Below the pieces are notes generated by a model, which did not search any database, had not been told where the DNA came from, and saw only the letters and a list, made by a program, of their open reading frames with translations. Shown here piece after piece: positions 1 through 9,822 of a stretch of DNA of 64,000 bases; within the stretch, counting starts at the first letter, position 1, and each line of letters begins with the position of its first letter. The stretch comes from a virus, in the IMG/VR virus record IMGVR_UViG_3300049033_000018, positions 83,638 through 147,637 of that record. The stretch is one strand, 5' to 3'. Position numbers and translations under genes: made by a program.

Positions 1-767
1 GGTAAAGCAATTTCACTACATAAGTTACTCGCATTGATTGGTAATCCTAAGTTTTTATAAACATCAGGTTTATTTCTGTTTACATTATCTGTAAAGAAAA
101 TATAAGGGAGTCCTTTCTGTTGTCTTGATTCGAGTACTCTTGCCCAAATTCTTCTTTTATCCATATCTCCCTCAATCATTTCCTGCATCCAATAATCTGG
201 AACACAAATTCCTGTAAACAAATTCTGAATAGGGCTACCAATATCTTTAATAGATAAAAATTCTTCAATATCTCCGTGGTCAATATCTAAATAAGCAGCG
301 AATGCTCCTCTCCTTACACCCCCCTGAGAAACCACATCCATTGTAGTATCAAAAAGTCTCATGAATGAAACTGCTCCTGAAGATTTTCCGTTATCTGTTA
401 CAGCAGTCCCTCTAGCTCTAAGTTCTCCAAAGTATCCAGAAGTTCCTCCACCTTGTTTAGTCTGCATAATAACTTCCCCTTGTTTAATTGTAATTCCTTC
501 AATAGAATCAGGAACGTGAACATTAAAACATGAAATAGGCAGCCCTCTTTTTGTACCCATATTAGCCCATACTGGGGAGGACAGGGATACCCAACCTCTT
601 TCAATAACTTCAATTATTTCTTCCTTCAATTCTGGTCTATAAAGTCTCTTACACACGGCTGTAGCAACTCTATCAATTGCTGCTTCTACAGTTTCTCCTT
701 TTAAAAGGTATCCTCTGTTTAAAACCTGTGCTGATTCTTCATTATACCACCAAAGTTTATCTTTCAT
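1..767 (-). CDS. nrdA: Ribonucleotide reductase class Ia alpha subunit, N-terminal part (runs off window start)
   Basis: Manual translation from ATG at 767: MKDKLWWYNEESAQVLNRGYL...SSPVWANMG..RGLPISCF...GGGTSG...SQGGVRRGAFAAYL...ASNLCSEI. Absent from the ORF track because it is truncated. Confidence 0.95.
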   Translation of the reverse strand, partial: MKDKLWWYNEESAQVLNRGYLLKGETVEAAIDRVATAVCKRLYRPELKEEIIEVIERGWVSLSSPVWANMGTKRGLPISCFNVHVPDSIEGITIKQGEVIMQTKQGGGTSGYFGELRARGTAVTDNGKSSGAVSFMRLFDTTMDVVSQGGVRRGAFAAYLDIDHGDIEEFLSIKDIGSPIQNLFTGICVPDYWMQEMIEGDMDKRRIWARVLESRQQKGLPYIFFTDNVNRNKPDVYKNLGLPINASNLCSEIAL

Positions 768-770
768 ATA

Positions 771-1115
771 TTATATAGTAATTTTTGTAAAACTTCTAAA
801 CCAATCTGATAATGGTCTACTCCATTTATTTCCGTTAGCCCCCTCATAAATTACATCAATTGGATGGTCTTTCCATCTTTCTGGTTCAGCTTGGGTATTT
901 GTTAAGAATAAAACTGTATAAATGTTTCCATTTGTATGTTTAAACTTATGACCTTCTAAATACTCTGTAATCTCAGCTACCCACTTTTTAGGGGTAGCTT
1001 TTGATTTATATGTTAGGTATTCTTTAGCTTCATTACTTAAAGAATCCCAGATTTCTTCCATTGTCATACTAACAAAAAGTGGATTCTTTTCTAAGTTTTT
1101 CAATAGTTTCAGCAT
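771..1115 (-). CDS. Hypothetical protein with DUF1653-like C-terminal domain
   Basis: GHKFKHTNGNIYTVL...VIYEG..GNKWSRPLSDW resembles DUF1653; true start may be the ATG near 1067. Confidence 0.5.
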   Translation of the reverse strand: MLKLLKNLEKNPLFVSMTMEEIWDSLSNEAKEYLTYKSKATPKKWVAEITEYLEGHKFKHTNGNIYTVLFLTNTQAEPERWKDHPIDVIYEGANGNKWSRPLSDWFRSFTKITI

Positions 1116-1395
1116 CTTCTACAAGCTCAAGAGGTAAATCAAGGAGATTTCTTACATCAAATCCTTTCATTTTTCTAACTTGACTATAGTAACCAGTTTG
1201 AGTAGCTGATATTGACAAATACTCAGAATCTGTAGCAGCTACTACAGTTACTTTGAAATAAAGAGTTTTATCTTCGTAAGTAGTTTTAAATAAATCATCT
1301 ATTGCAACTACTTGGTCAGTAGTAAATAGAATTGATGTTCCTGAGATTAACTTTGTTTGAGCTACTTGAGCAGTAATAATTTTTAAATGTTCCAT
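1069..1395 (-). CDS. Hypothetical protein
   Basis: ORF in tightly packed operon; one of few TAG-terminated genes. Confidence 0.7.
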   Translation of the reverse strand: MEHLKIITAQVAQTKLISGTSILFTTDQVVAIDDLFKTTYEDKTLYFKVTVVAATDSEYLSISATQTGYYSQVRKMKGFDVRNLLDLPLELVEDAETIEKLRKESTFC

Positions 1396-1406
1396 AATAT
1401 AATTTT

Positions 1407-1733
1407 TTATTTTTTACAATATATAGTTTCAGGTAATTCCCCGAATACGAATTTAGTTACGTGACATAACCATACTGTCATATTTAAAGTTGGATGAAGA
1501 ACATCATAAACTCCTCCTTCACTTTCTTCATAAAGTAACACTAACATAAAGTTGGAATCTTCAAAATTTTCTAAAGACATTTTTATTGATACTTTATCAT
1601 CTCCTTGACCTAAAATATCTAGTAGTGTATCTGCTCCAGAAACCATTTCAAGTTCCCACTTTTCTCCTTCCCATTTTGGATAATCAATGTACCATTTACT
1701 ATCTGTATCTTTATAAAAATTTAAAATTTCCAT
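1407..1733 (-). CDS. DUF6717-like protein
   Basis: FYK....WYID.P.W.G...LEMV.GAD.LLD ... WLC.VT.FVFG..P..IY pattern. Confidence 0.55.
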   Translation of the reverse strand: MEILNFYKDTDSKWYIDYPKWEGEKWELEMVSGADTLLDILGQGDDKVSIKMSLENFEDSNFMLVLLYEESEGGVYDVLHPTLNMTVWLCHVTKFVFGELPETIYCKK

Positions 1734-1737
1734 GTTT

Positions 1738-2691
1738 TTAAAATAAATCGTTAGCTGTTATACTCTTATCGTGTTTTGTGTAGGCTGTTGGTCTTTTTGC
1801 GAAAAAATCATCCAACTCATTAGCAAATACTTCTTCCTCAAACCAAGCCATAGGTTTATATTGTTCTGGAGTAATGTTAAACATTTTTGTTATGTTCATT
1901 TTTTCCAGTGATTCATCTACTCTATATTTCATAAAATTTAGCATATCTTCTTTTGAAAAGAAATCTAATTCTCCTTTTTCATAAATCCAGTCTAAAAGCC
2001 TTTCCTCGTACTGAATATATTCTGTAATAGCTTCCTTTAAATGTGAGATAGTCTCAGGACTAAAAGGGAACTCTTCTTGAATTTTATTAATCAAATAGAT
2101 TCCAGCATTAGCGTGTACTTGTTCATCAATGGAAGTCCAAGCAATAATGTTTGAAACATTTTTCATATATCCTTTATTCTTAGTAAAAGATAAAATATTA
2201 GCAAATTGACTAAATAGAGATGAATTTTCAATAACAATTGTAAAGAATAAAAGTTTTTCTACAATTGATAATTTACTATTAAGATTCGCCTCAATTAATT
2301 CAAGTTTTTCCTGAAATACAGGAATTTCTATTAGGTTTTTAAAATCATCATTGTAACCTAAAACCTCTAATAACCTTGAATAGGCTTCTGAATGTCTGAA
2401 CTCACATTCAGCGAATGTTCCACCAAGACCATTTAATTCTGGTTTAGGTAGATGTTTATATAAATCTCCCCAGAAGGTTTTAACGCCTACTTCAACCTGA
2501 GCAATACTCAGTAAGCTTCTTTTAACTACTTCTTGTTCAATTGGGGTTAGATTAGACTTAAAGTCCTGTACATCGGCTGTGAATTCCAGCTCGCTATGTA
2601 CCCAAAAAGACTTGTTGATTAATTCAACAAACTTCATTACTTCAGGGTATTCAAATGGTTTATAATTTACCCTTTTCTCGAAAATACTCAT
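1738..2691 (-). CDS. nrdB: Ribonucleotide reductase class Ia beta subunit
   Basis: KPFEYP, FWVHSE, E-x-x-H-x-x-x-Y (EFRHSEAY), DEQVH diiron ligands, C-terminal DFFAKRPTAY. Confidence 0.95.
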   Translation of the reverse strand: MSIFEKRVNYKPFEYPEVMKFVELINKSFWVHSELEFTADVQDFKSNLTPIEQEVVKRSLLSIAQVEVGVKTFWGDLYKHLPKPELNGLGGTFAECEFRHSEAYSRLLEVLGYNDDFKNLIEIPVFQEKLELIEANLNSKLSIVEKLLFFTIVIENSSLFSQFANILSFTKNKGYMKNVSNIIAWTSIDEQVHANAGIYLINKIQEEFPFSPETISHLKEAITEYIQYEERLLDWIYEKGELDFFSKEDMLNFMKYRVDESLEKMNITKMFNITPEQYKPMAWFEEEVFANELDDFFAKRPTAYTKHDKSITANDLF

Positions 2692-2764
2692 AAATTCTAT
2701 ATTATTTAACTAAATTAGATAAAAAACTGCCTTGAGTATTTGAACTCTCAAGACAGTAATAAAG

Positions 2765-2800
2765 GTTGCAAAGATACAACAAAATTCTTGAATACACAAG
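2765..2800 (-). promoter_or_regulatory. Bacteroidetes-type sigma promoter for nrdB
   Basis: TATCTTTG at 2769-2776 (minus strand) with TTG about 20 nt upstream. Confidence 0.7.
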
Positions 2801-2816
2801 AAAATTACAAAAATTA

Positions 2817-3413
2817 TTAGTTGTCTAATTTAGAATTATGTAATTCTTTTCCAGCAACTGAAACTGACTGAATTATAAGTTGTAAGGCTTTTTCGAAAAA
2901 AGAATATTTGGTTTTCATATTGCCAATAATAATTTTTAGTTGGTTTAAATCCCTCCTAATTTTCTGATACCTCTCATCATTGTTGATAACTTTCTCAGCT
3001 TGAGCTATTGAAACTCCTGTTGATTTATTAATCTCTACTAACAATCTTGAGTAAATCTCTTTCCTGAAAACTTCATCGAGAAACTCCAATTCATACAGAA
3101 ACCTATCTCTATAAGAGGATAAGTATGTCATTTCATTGGTTATTTCCTTTTTGATAGTTTCTAATTCTAGGAGATTAGTTCCTCCAGGTAAGTTAGTATA
3201 TCTTTTAATTTTATCTTCAATAGAGGTAGTAAGCCTTACAACCTCATTAATTTCTTTTTGAGTTAGATTAATAGGAAGAACAACTTCATCTATCGTCTCT
3301 ATCTTGGATAAAATATTATCTAGAGTATTAGTTAATTCAACATTATCTTTAACTCTTTCTTTGTTGCCCAAAATGAGCATTTTAATAACTTTATATTCTT
3401 GTGAATCAAACAT
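2817..3413 (-). CDS. Helical protein, possibly UvsY-like
   Basis: Coiled-coil character; AQAEKVINNDERY recalls UvsY, weak. Confidence 0.3.
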   Translation of the reverse strand: MFDSQEYKVIKMLILGNKERVKDNVELTNTLDNILSKIETIDEVVLPINLTQKEINEVVRLTTSIEDKIKRYTNLPGGTNLLELETIKKEITNEMTYLSSYRDRFLYELEFLDEVFRKEIYSRLLVEINKSTGVSIAQAEKVINNDERYQKIRRDLNQLKIIIGNMKTKYSFFEKALQLIIQSVSVAGKELHNSKLDN

Positions 3414-3449
3414 AATATTTATATTAACCCCTCTGAAGAGGGGTAGTTA

Positions 3450-3851
3450 TTATTCCATTAAATCTAACTTTGGACCTTGAGCAGCCTTTGCCATAGCTTC
3501 AGCTTCAGATGCCTTAACAGCTAATCCTCTCTGAATATTGTCTATGTGAATTTCCATACCATCTTGGAATAAAGCTTCAGCAGCCTTTCCTCTTGGTGTA
3601 GTAGTTACAATTACTTCTTCTTTTGGTTGAATCATAATACCTCTTTCATCTCTGGCAGGACCATCCTCTAGGTTAAATTTGTTAATAACAATTTGCTCCT
3701 TCATTTCTTCTTGCCCCATAGCTGCAAAAAATTGAATAGCTCTAGCAAGGAACTCTCCTGTTACATATACCATTGTGTTAGGTGTATACACATAATCAAA
3801 TGGGTCTGTAATTACTTGTTGTTCTTGCTCTTGTACTGGTTTTGTTGACAT
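3450..3851 (-). CDS. Hypothetical protein
   Basis: ORF followed by hairpin at 3426-3448. Confidence 0.7.
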   Translation of the reverse strand: MSTKPVQEQEQQVITDPFDYVYTPNTMVYVTGEFLARAIQFFAAMGQEEMKEQIVINKFNLEDGPARDERGIMIQPKEEVIVTTTPRGKAAEALFQDGMEIHIDNIQRGLAVKASEAEAMAKAAQGPKLDLME

Positions 3852-3875
3852 AAATATATTAATTTAAATTTGTTT

Positions 3876-4145
3876 TTATTCTAATCCCATGACAAATCCT
3901 CTTGCCATAAGAAATCTGTTTTCTCCTACTTCGGTCATTGTAGCTCCTGCTTGGCAGAAAGCAATGATTCCATCTTCTAAAGGAAAGTCTGAGCCATCTG
4001 GCAAAGTCCCCCAGCTATGGACTTTAACTCTAACTGGCTCTGTGTCTTTGTTAAATCCTGATAAAGGAGTTTCAGTTTTTCCTTCTGTTTTTTCTTTCTG
4101 TAATTTTTCAATAATTACTCTTGCATCTAGTGATTTTCTTATCAT
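3876..4145 (-). CDS. GroES-like co-chaperonin
   Basis: 89 aa; IRKSLDARVIIE..E.KT..V..G...PL..G..TEV pattern resembles Cpn10. Confidence 0.45.
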   Translation of the reverse strand: MIRKSLDARVIIEKLQKEKTEGKTETPLSGFNKDTEPVRVKVHSWGTLPDGSDFPLEDGIIAFCQAGATMTEVGENRFLMARGFVMGLE

Positions 4146-4154
4146 TTCTTTTAT

Positions 4155-4433
4155 TTAAAACGTTTCAAAATTATCTTTAAAATATTGTTCTGCGACTAAC
4201 CATTGGTCTTGATGATTTTTAGGGTTTCTAGCAATCATGTCTCCAATTTTTGGGCTACCATTTTGTTTATCAGCATCTGAAATTGATACATTATTTCCAA
4301 AAGGTTCTTGAGATATATGTAAAAATCCATGATTTTCGTATGAATTAATATCATTTTCTGTTACAGGTCTCATTTCTGCAATTTGAGTTCTTTTAAATTG
4401 TTTAAATTCCATTGTTTTTACTATATTTTTCAA
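4155..4433 (-). CDS. Hypothetical phage protein
   Basis: GSPKIGDMIARNPKNHQDQWLV motif recurrent in phage proteins. Confidence 0.7.
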   Translation of the reverse strand: MKNIVKTMEFKQFKRTQIAEMRPVTENDINSYENHGFLHISQEPFGNNVSISDADKQNGSPKIGDMIARNPKNHQDQWLVAEQYFKDNFETF

Positions 4434-5370
4434 TTATGAGGTCACCAAAATCACTTCCGTCTGGTAAAGCTGACTTTTCTAAACTTGTGTTAATTTTTAT
4501 GTTGTAAATGTCAGAAAATTCTGAGAGTTTTTTCTTCCATTTTTCTAAAGCTTTTGCTCCTTTATCAGGATAGAATGTCATTTTGCAATGTTTTAAAGGT
4601 TGGAGTCTATCTTCATTAATCATTTCAATACCACCCACTGCTAACCAAACTTTCCCATCCATCATATTACATAAAAGAGCTGTTTTCTCAGATTCAACAA
4701 TATGAATCTCTGTAGTATCAGGAGTTACTAAATGCTCCCCAAATATACATTGTTTAAGATTAAAATCATAATAACCTTTATCCATTAATCTTTTGTCTGG
4801 TACATGTTCCCAGCTAACAAATGGTCTAGGATTTTTAACTCTTTTTCCAGTAGCTACATCATATAAAATAATTTTTCCTGTTCTGGTGTCAAACTGTTGG
4901 TCTATTTGCCAGAATACTGTTGAGGATTGCCATTTACTGGATTCACCAACTTTATACTTTACTAATGTTTTCTGGACTTTTAAAGGGTCAAAATTATTGA
5001 ATAGGAATCGTGAAAGATTATCAGAGAAAGTCATGGATTCTAAAACTCTAGAATTGTCTATTAAAGAGATACCAAGCATTTCTTCTTGGTATTCCTTAAT
5101 AACATCTTTAGGTTTCACCATTAAAGTTTTATCTTTAACATCCTTTCCAGAAGGAGGTGTAAACTTACCACATTTTTCAACCCTATCACATCTTCCAAAT
5201 TCTTCAGGTAAATATTCTCCAGTAGTTACATCAATAAATCTTGTATAACAATGTTTATGACCACAATTAGGACAACTGTGTCGGCTTCTTACACCATTGT
5301 ATTTTTCAAGTACATATCTGTTAACTGGTTTGTTCTGTATCTTTCTCTCCTCCGTCTCTTGTTGTGCCAT
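4402..5370 (-). CDS. Putative primase (Zn finger + Toprim-like, DUF6371-type)
   Basis: CPNCG..C...GRCDR..KCG Zn finger; FWQID, TGKI, QCIFGEHL, IVESEKTA, FYPD and GSDFGD Toprim-like motifs. Confidence 0.7.
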   Translation of the reverse strand: MAQQETEERKIQNKPVNRYVLEKYNGVRSRHSCPNCGHKHCYTRFIDVTTGEYLPEEFGRCDRVEKCGKFTPPSGKDVKDKTLMVKPKDVIKEYQEEMLGISLIDNSRVLESMTFSDNLSRFLFNNFDPLKVQKTLVKYKVGESSKWQSSTVFWQIDQQFDTRTGKIILYDVATGKRVKNPRPFVSWEHVPDKRLMDKGYYDFNLKQCIFGEHLVTPDTTEIHIVESEKTALLCNMMDGKVWLAVGGIEMINEDRLQPLKHCKMTFYPDKGAKALEKWKKKLSEFSDIYNIKINTSLEKSALPDGSDFGDLIIEKYSKNNGI

Positions 5371-6352
5371 GATGCTTCTCTAAATATTGTTTAAGTGGTA
5401 AAGTTTCCATTAAAGGTCCAGTTGTATAAGATTCCATTGAGATAAAATCTTTATAAATTGTGACAAAAGGAGTTTTCCACTTGTGTTTAATTCTACCTTG
5501 CTCAAATACAGTCTCACAAAGGTCATTTAGTTTACCATCACTCTGTTCCTTTAAATTGTAAGTTGGAGAAGTTCTCCAGTCTTTAGGAGACCAGTTGTAT
5601 AACCCTTCAACTTCAATGTTAGGATAATTTTCTTTTGCAATTCTTTTGTAGAGCTGTAATTGAAAATAATGTTTGTCAAAAAATCCATTTTGAGAAGACT
5701 TAAAATCGACAATTGCAACAATCTTCTTTTTTCTTTTGATAATCTTTGGTTGACCTTTATTAGGTCCAGATTTTAAAGCCTCACCCCAAGGACCTTCCTC
5801 ATCAATTTCCATCTCACAAATCATGTCCACTGGAGAAGCAACCATGTACTTTTCAGATTTCATAACAAGCTCGACAGCTAGAGGTTTCACATTGTAATCA
5901 ATTACGAACTGACCAAATGCTAAGATTGCTTTTTTAAGCCATTCTTCATCTTTTCTGATAATGTCATTAAAGAAAGGAACATCTAAATCAGGGTGTTTGT
6001 CAATTAAATGCTGACCAATGTTGTTTAGATTAATTTCAATTCCTTGAATGTAATCTCCAATTAAAGCGTGCATCATGGTTCCTCTTGAAGCTGCATAAGT
6101 TAGCTCAGTTTCTGGATTCTTTCCTTCTGCTTTTAATCTGCTTCTCCATACTTCTAAAGCAAAGGTATCTTCAGCATACCCATCCTTAATTAAAGTCGTA
6201 GCAGAAGAGTAAATAGTTACTGTTCCTTCAGGACTTACAGTGTAATAGAATCTGTTTAACCCTTGTGAAAATCTTCTGATATGACCTACAGGTCTAGGTA
6301 ATTCAGGTGACAGGAATTGTGGATTCCCATCTTCAATTAATATATTGTTCAT
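5321..6352 (-). CDS. PD-(D/E)XK exonuclease-like protein
   Basis: SATT..., RGT.MH, VE..., VD, IVDFKS, FQL.LY motifs. Start moved to ATG 6352 because the 6379 start lies inside a terminator hairpin. Confidence 0.75.
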   Translation of the reverse strand: MNNILIEDGNPQFLSPELPRPVGHIRRFSQGLNRFYYTVSPEGTVTIYSSATTLIKDGYAEDTFALEVWRSRLKAEGKNPETELTYAASRGTMMHALIGDYIQGIEINLNNIGQHLIDKHPDLDVPFFNDIIRKDEEWLKKAILAFGQFVIDYNVKPLAVELVMKSEKYMVASPVDMICEMEIDEEGPWGEALKSGPNKGQPKIIKRKKKIVAIVDFKSSQNGFFDKHYFQLQLYKRIAKENYPNIEVEGLYNWSPKDWRTSPTYNLKEQSDGKLNDLCETVFEQGRIKHKWKTPFVTIYKDFISMESYTTGPLMETLPLKQYLEKHHGTTRDGGEKDTEQTS

Positions 6353-6365
6353 AGATAAAAATTTC

Positions 6366-6483
6366 AAATAAAAACCCACTTACTATCCTTCAGTGGGTTT
6401 GTTGCCTTAATTTCGTCCAGGTCTCATCAGCTTGCAATTTTATAGTCTCCCTGGCTGACTTTGAGTAAATCGTCTCACGGATA
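6366..6483 (-). ncRNA. Candidate small structured RNA / attenuator leader between promoter and terminator
   Basis: Promoter at 6490; CCAGG/CCTGG pairing; CTGATGA...GAAA; terminator stem AAACCCACT/AGTGGGTTT followed by T-run. Confidence 0.5.
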
Positions 6484-6487
6484 ACTT

Positions 6488-6545
6488 TGCAAATATACAA
6501 AAAATATTTGAATTGTGCAAATTTTTATCTGTTAATGTTTGTTAA
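6488..6545 (-). promoter_or_regulatory. Promoter with upstream TTAAC tandem box
   Basis: TATATTTG at 6490-6497, TTTG -33 element, GTTAA repeats at 6531 and 6541. Confidence 0.75.
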
Positions 6546-6725
6546 AAATTTCTCTCAAAAGCTGTGATAGATTGATATAATCTCTTTCTGTTGTGTATCT
6601 ATGTAGCTGATAATAAATTAGCAAATCTCCATTTGCTTTTTCAAAATTTGGTTTGTACCTGAAATATAGTACAACCAGAATTATAAGCAAAAAAGCTAAT
6701 AACTTCATTTTATAAGGGTTTTAAA

Positions 6726-7433
6726 TTATAGTAAGAAGGTATTTCCATGATAATGAATACCTTTGTTAAACTCGTTGTCTTTTACGGCTGCTGCGTTAGA
6801 ATAGAAGATTCCATTTTTTTCTCTAACACCTGCATTATTAGCATCACTAGAGTCATGAATATGACCAAAACAGTGAAGTTTTAAATTAGGTAATGAATCA
6901 ATTCTTCGACCAAGGGCTGTATCTCCACATTGATGAATACCTCCTGTAGTTGATAAGTCTAAAATTCCCTTTCTAGGTCCATGTGTAATAAGGATGTCAG
7001 TATCCTCAGGTATCATATCCCAATGTTTAGGAGTCTTAGAACGGTCTGTGGTAAAGTACCACGTCCCAAATGTAGGAGTAGTAGGGTCACCCCAAATCTT
7101 TAATCCATCTATTACGACCATATCTTTGTTCAAATAGTGAATATTATTCTTTTCACACATTGATTTAGCTCTTTTTTGCTCTAAATAGCAAGTAGCATCA
7201 TGATTTCCTGGAACATAAATCTTGAAAGATATAGGAAGAGCTGCATACCATTCAATAAAAGCTTCCCATTCTACACTGTTTCTAGCTAAATCATGAAAAT
7301 TTGTAGCATCTCCTGAGTGAATGATAACATGTGTATCAGAAGGATAAACAAGTTCACTCTTATGTTGTTGGTCGTGTGTATCACTTATATGGTGAATCAC
7401 TAAATTATGGTTGTTACTTATTTGGTGTTTCAT
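6726..7433 (-). CDS. Calcineurin-like metallophosphoesterase
   Basis: DTH, GD, GNHD, THGP, GHIH motifs. Confidence 0.9.
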   Translation of the reverse strand: MKHQISNNHNLVIHHISDTHDQQHKSELVYPSDTHVIIHSGDATNFHDLARNSVEWEAFIEWYAALPISFKIYVPGNHDATCYLEQKRAKSMCEKNNIHYLNKDMVVIDGLKIWGDPTTPTFGTWYFTTDRSKTPKHWDMIPEDTDILITHGPRKGILDLSTTGGIHQCGDTALGRRIDSLPNLKLHCFGHIHDSSDANNAGVREKNGIFYSNAAAVKDNEFNKGIHYHGNTFLL

Positions 7434-8887
7434 AAATTTCTTTTTTATTTAAATCAAATATAAGTTCTGATTTGTTTACTATTGCATTATAAATGTCTCT
7501 ATGGTCAAATACATTTAAACATTCATTCATAATATCATCATCTCTTTCTGTTAAACCTATTGTCACTAACTCCTCAGCTTCATTTGATAAGTACCAACCA
7601 CTTTCTGCCCATTCCTTTACTTTTTTAGTTACTTCTTTAACTATATTGGGTCTAGGAGTTATTAATGTAGGGGGTTTTCCTCTCTCATGTAATCCCCAAA
7701 TAATTTGATTGTCAAAATCTAGGTCTTTTACAAATCTACTATCAAGTCCTCCTACAACCATAGAACTATAATCATGAGGTCTGTATTCCCAGAAAAATCT
7801 ACCATCTTTCTCATTTCCTCTTGTGAAAATAACATCAAATCTTTTGAATATCATTTCATTTTGAGTTTTTGCATTGGCATTTTGGTCAGGGAAAATACAG
7901 CTTGACCTATAACATTTATAACCTTCTTCGTGTAATATGTCTAATAAAAACATTAGGCTTCAATTTTTGGCAAAGAATATACAATCATTACTGAATAAGT
8001 TCGGTTAGAACCCATAACTGTATTCATCGAATAGTTTGTACTTTGAATAACTATTCCAGGGTTTGCATCAAGAAAAGTTTGAACATCTCTTTCAAAAGTA
8101 GCAGAAGATTCACTACTTGTTATTACTTTTACTTTCATTGTTTTATTTTACTCGGTTGTATGACTTAATTTTCTTAATCCATGATATTTCCCTGCTATAT
8201 AAGCTACTATTCTTTTGTATTCTTCAAAGGTGTCTTTATGATATTCATAATGATTACAACTATCTATTAATTCCAGATGTAACATATACAGACCTTCAGG
8301 TAATACAGAAAGATTTGCTCTTTTTTTAACAGTTGTTAAATACTCTAAAGTTTTACCCTTTACTTTTTTTAATTCTTTATATTCTCTATCAGTTCTTTGG
8401 AATAATTTAAACATTCCTAGAATTAATAGTGCAAGTAGACCTATTCCAATAAGTATATTCATATTTATTTTTTTAATTTATCTAATACATAATTAATACC
8501 ATCTACAAATTCAGAAGAAGCATTTTCAGGTTCAAATTTCAAATCTCCTAGCTCATACTTTTCTTTGACTTCTCTAAAGTCTACATCTTTTGTTCCTTCA
8601 AAATAGATTCTATTTTTTGATTCAACTTGGTCTATAATCTGTTGCCACATTATCTCTTTTGCTTTAACATAATCAGACTCCCATATACCTCCTGAGGTTG
8701 GTAAATAATACCCTTGAGCATCTGTGTGATTATTTCCACTAATTAAGTAAAAATAATTTGAATCTTTAGCATCAAAAGCTAACGTCTGAAAAGAGTGAAT
8801 TTCTCCATTCCATATTTTATAAACTTTAGTTCCTAGTGGTAACTTTGATATTTCTTGAATAGTCATAATTTTGGTTTTTGATTATAA

Positions 8888-8947
8888 TGCAAATATACAA
8901 AAAATAAATGAGACCTACAAGAGGTCTCACAGTTAAAATTTTGTTAA
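8888..8947 (-). promoter_or_regulatory. Promoter with TTAAC box and overlapping terminator hairpin
   Basis: TATATTTG at 8890-8897; hairpin TGAGACCT/AGGTCTCA around the -33 TTG; GTTAA at 8932 and 8943. Confidence 0.75.
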
Positions 8948-8949
8948 AA

Positions 8950-9822
8950 TTAATTAAGAAGTGTATTTTTTATCTCAGGAATATGAGCTTCTTCATCCCA
9001 AGCGTGTAAAACAATATAACCTTCATCTACTTCAAGACATAAAATAGGGTCAAGCACTTCTGTATTAGCCCTTACTAATTCATTAAGTTTTGCTAAATTT
9101 ATTTCATACTCTCTAGTATCTTCATTCATTACAAAAGTAGGAATAGTTATATTGCCTGATTGAATCATTCTATTTTCAAAGTGAGATTCAGGAGCAATAA
9201 TTTTTAAATTACTTTTAATATAATTTACTTTCTTTTCAGAGCCTAATACACTTTCAGATTTTCTTACAGAAAAATAAGTCAAAATTGGTCCAGTATCAGA
9301 GCCAAATCTAGGATTACTAAATCTAGCATCAATAAAGTAATTCTCTTGTTTTATTTTTTTTCTAAAACCATTTAAAATATCTAAAGCCAGGTTTGGAATC
9401 TCTTTAGAATACACACAAGTTTCTCCTAGAACTAAATCATATTTCTTCATGACATCAATCATAGTTTTTCTAGGAATGAATTTGAATGAAGGGTATTCAA
9501 TAGCATATTTAGCTATAGTTTCTTCAAGAGTCTTCTTGTTTGTAATTTCATCTTTCAAAGCTTTAATTTCTGCATTAATAATATCAATTTGAGCATCAAT
9601 CTTTTCTTTATTTTTAAGAGTAGGAGTATTAATGAATCCAAAGCTGTCTAAATCTTGAGCCTTTTGCAATAATCTTGCATTCTCAGCTACATAAGTTCCA
9701 ATCTTAATTTCTAAGTCCTTAATTTTAGTTTCAGAATTTTGAACAATTCCTACTTCTTTAAGTAATCTTTCTAATGAACTATTCATGTCCATTTTAATTG
9801 TGTGTGATGTTATAACTTCCAT
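8950..9822 (-). CDS. Hypothetical coiled-coil protein
   Basis: 290-aa ORF ending in DPIL....GYIVLHAW motif. Confidence 0.7.
   Translation of the reverse strand: MEVITSHTIKMDMNSSLERLLKEVGIVQNSETKIKDLEIKIGTYVAENARLLQKAQDLDSFGFINTPTLKNKEKIDAQIDIINAEIKALKDEITNKKTLEETIAKYAIEYPSFKFIPRKTMIDVMKKYDLVLGETCVYSKEIPNLALDILNGFRKKIKQENYFIDARFSNPRFGSDTGPILTYFSVRKSESVLGSEKKVNYIKSNLKIIAPESHFENRMIQSGNITIPTFVMNEDTREYEINLAKLNELVRANTEVLDPILCLEVDEGYIVLHAWDEEAHIPEIKNTLLN

Noticed and set aside
398-613. Minus-strand 71-aa ORF and other short nested or antisense ORFs (e.g. 3889, 4793, 18344, 19889, 20680, 61940)
   Set aside because: Alternative-frame or antisense shadows of well-supported genes such as nrdA, primase, rIIA/B and the DUF2828 gene
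6366-6483. SAM-I riboswitch or canonical hammerhead ribozyme call
   Set aside because: Partial motifs only (GATGA, GCAAC, CTGATGA/GAAA); the AUC SAM pocket and hammerhead stems I/III could not be built, and the downstream gene is not sulfur metabolism
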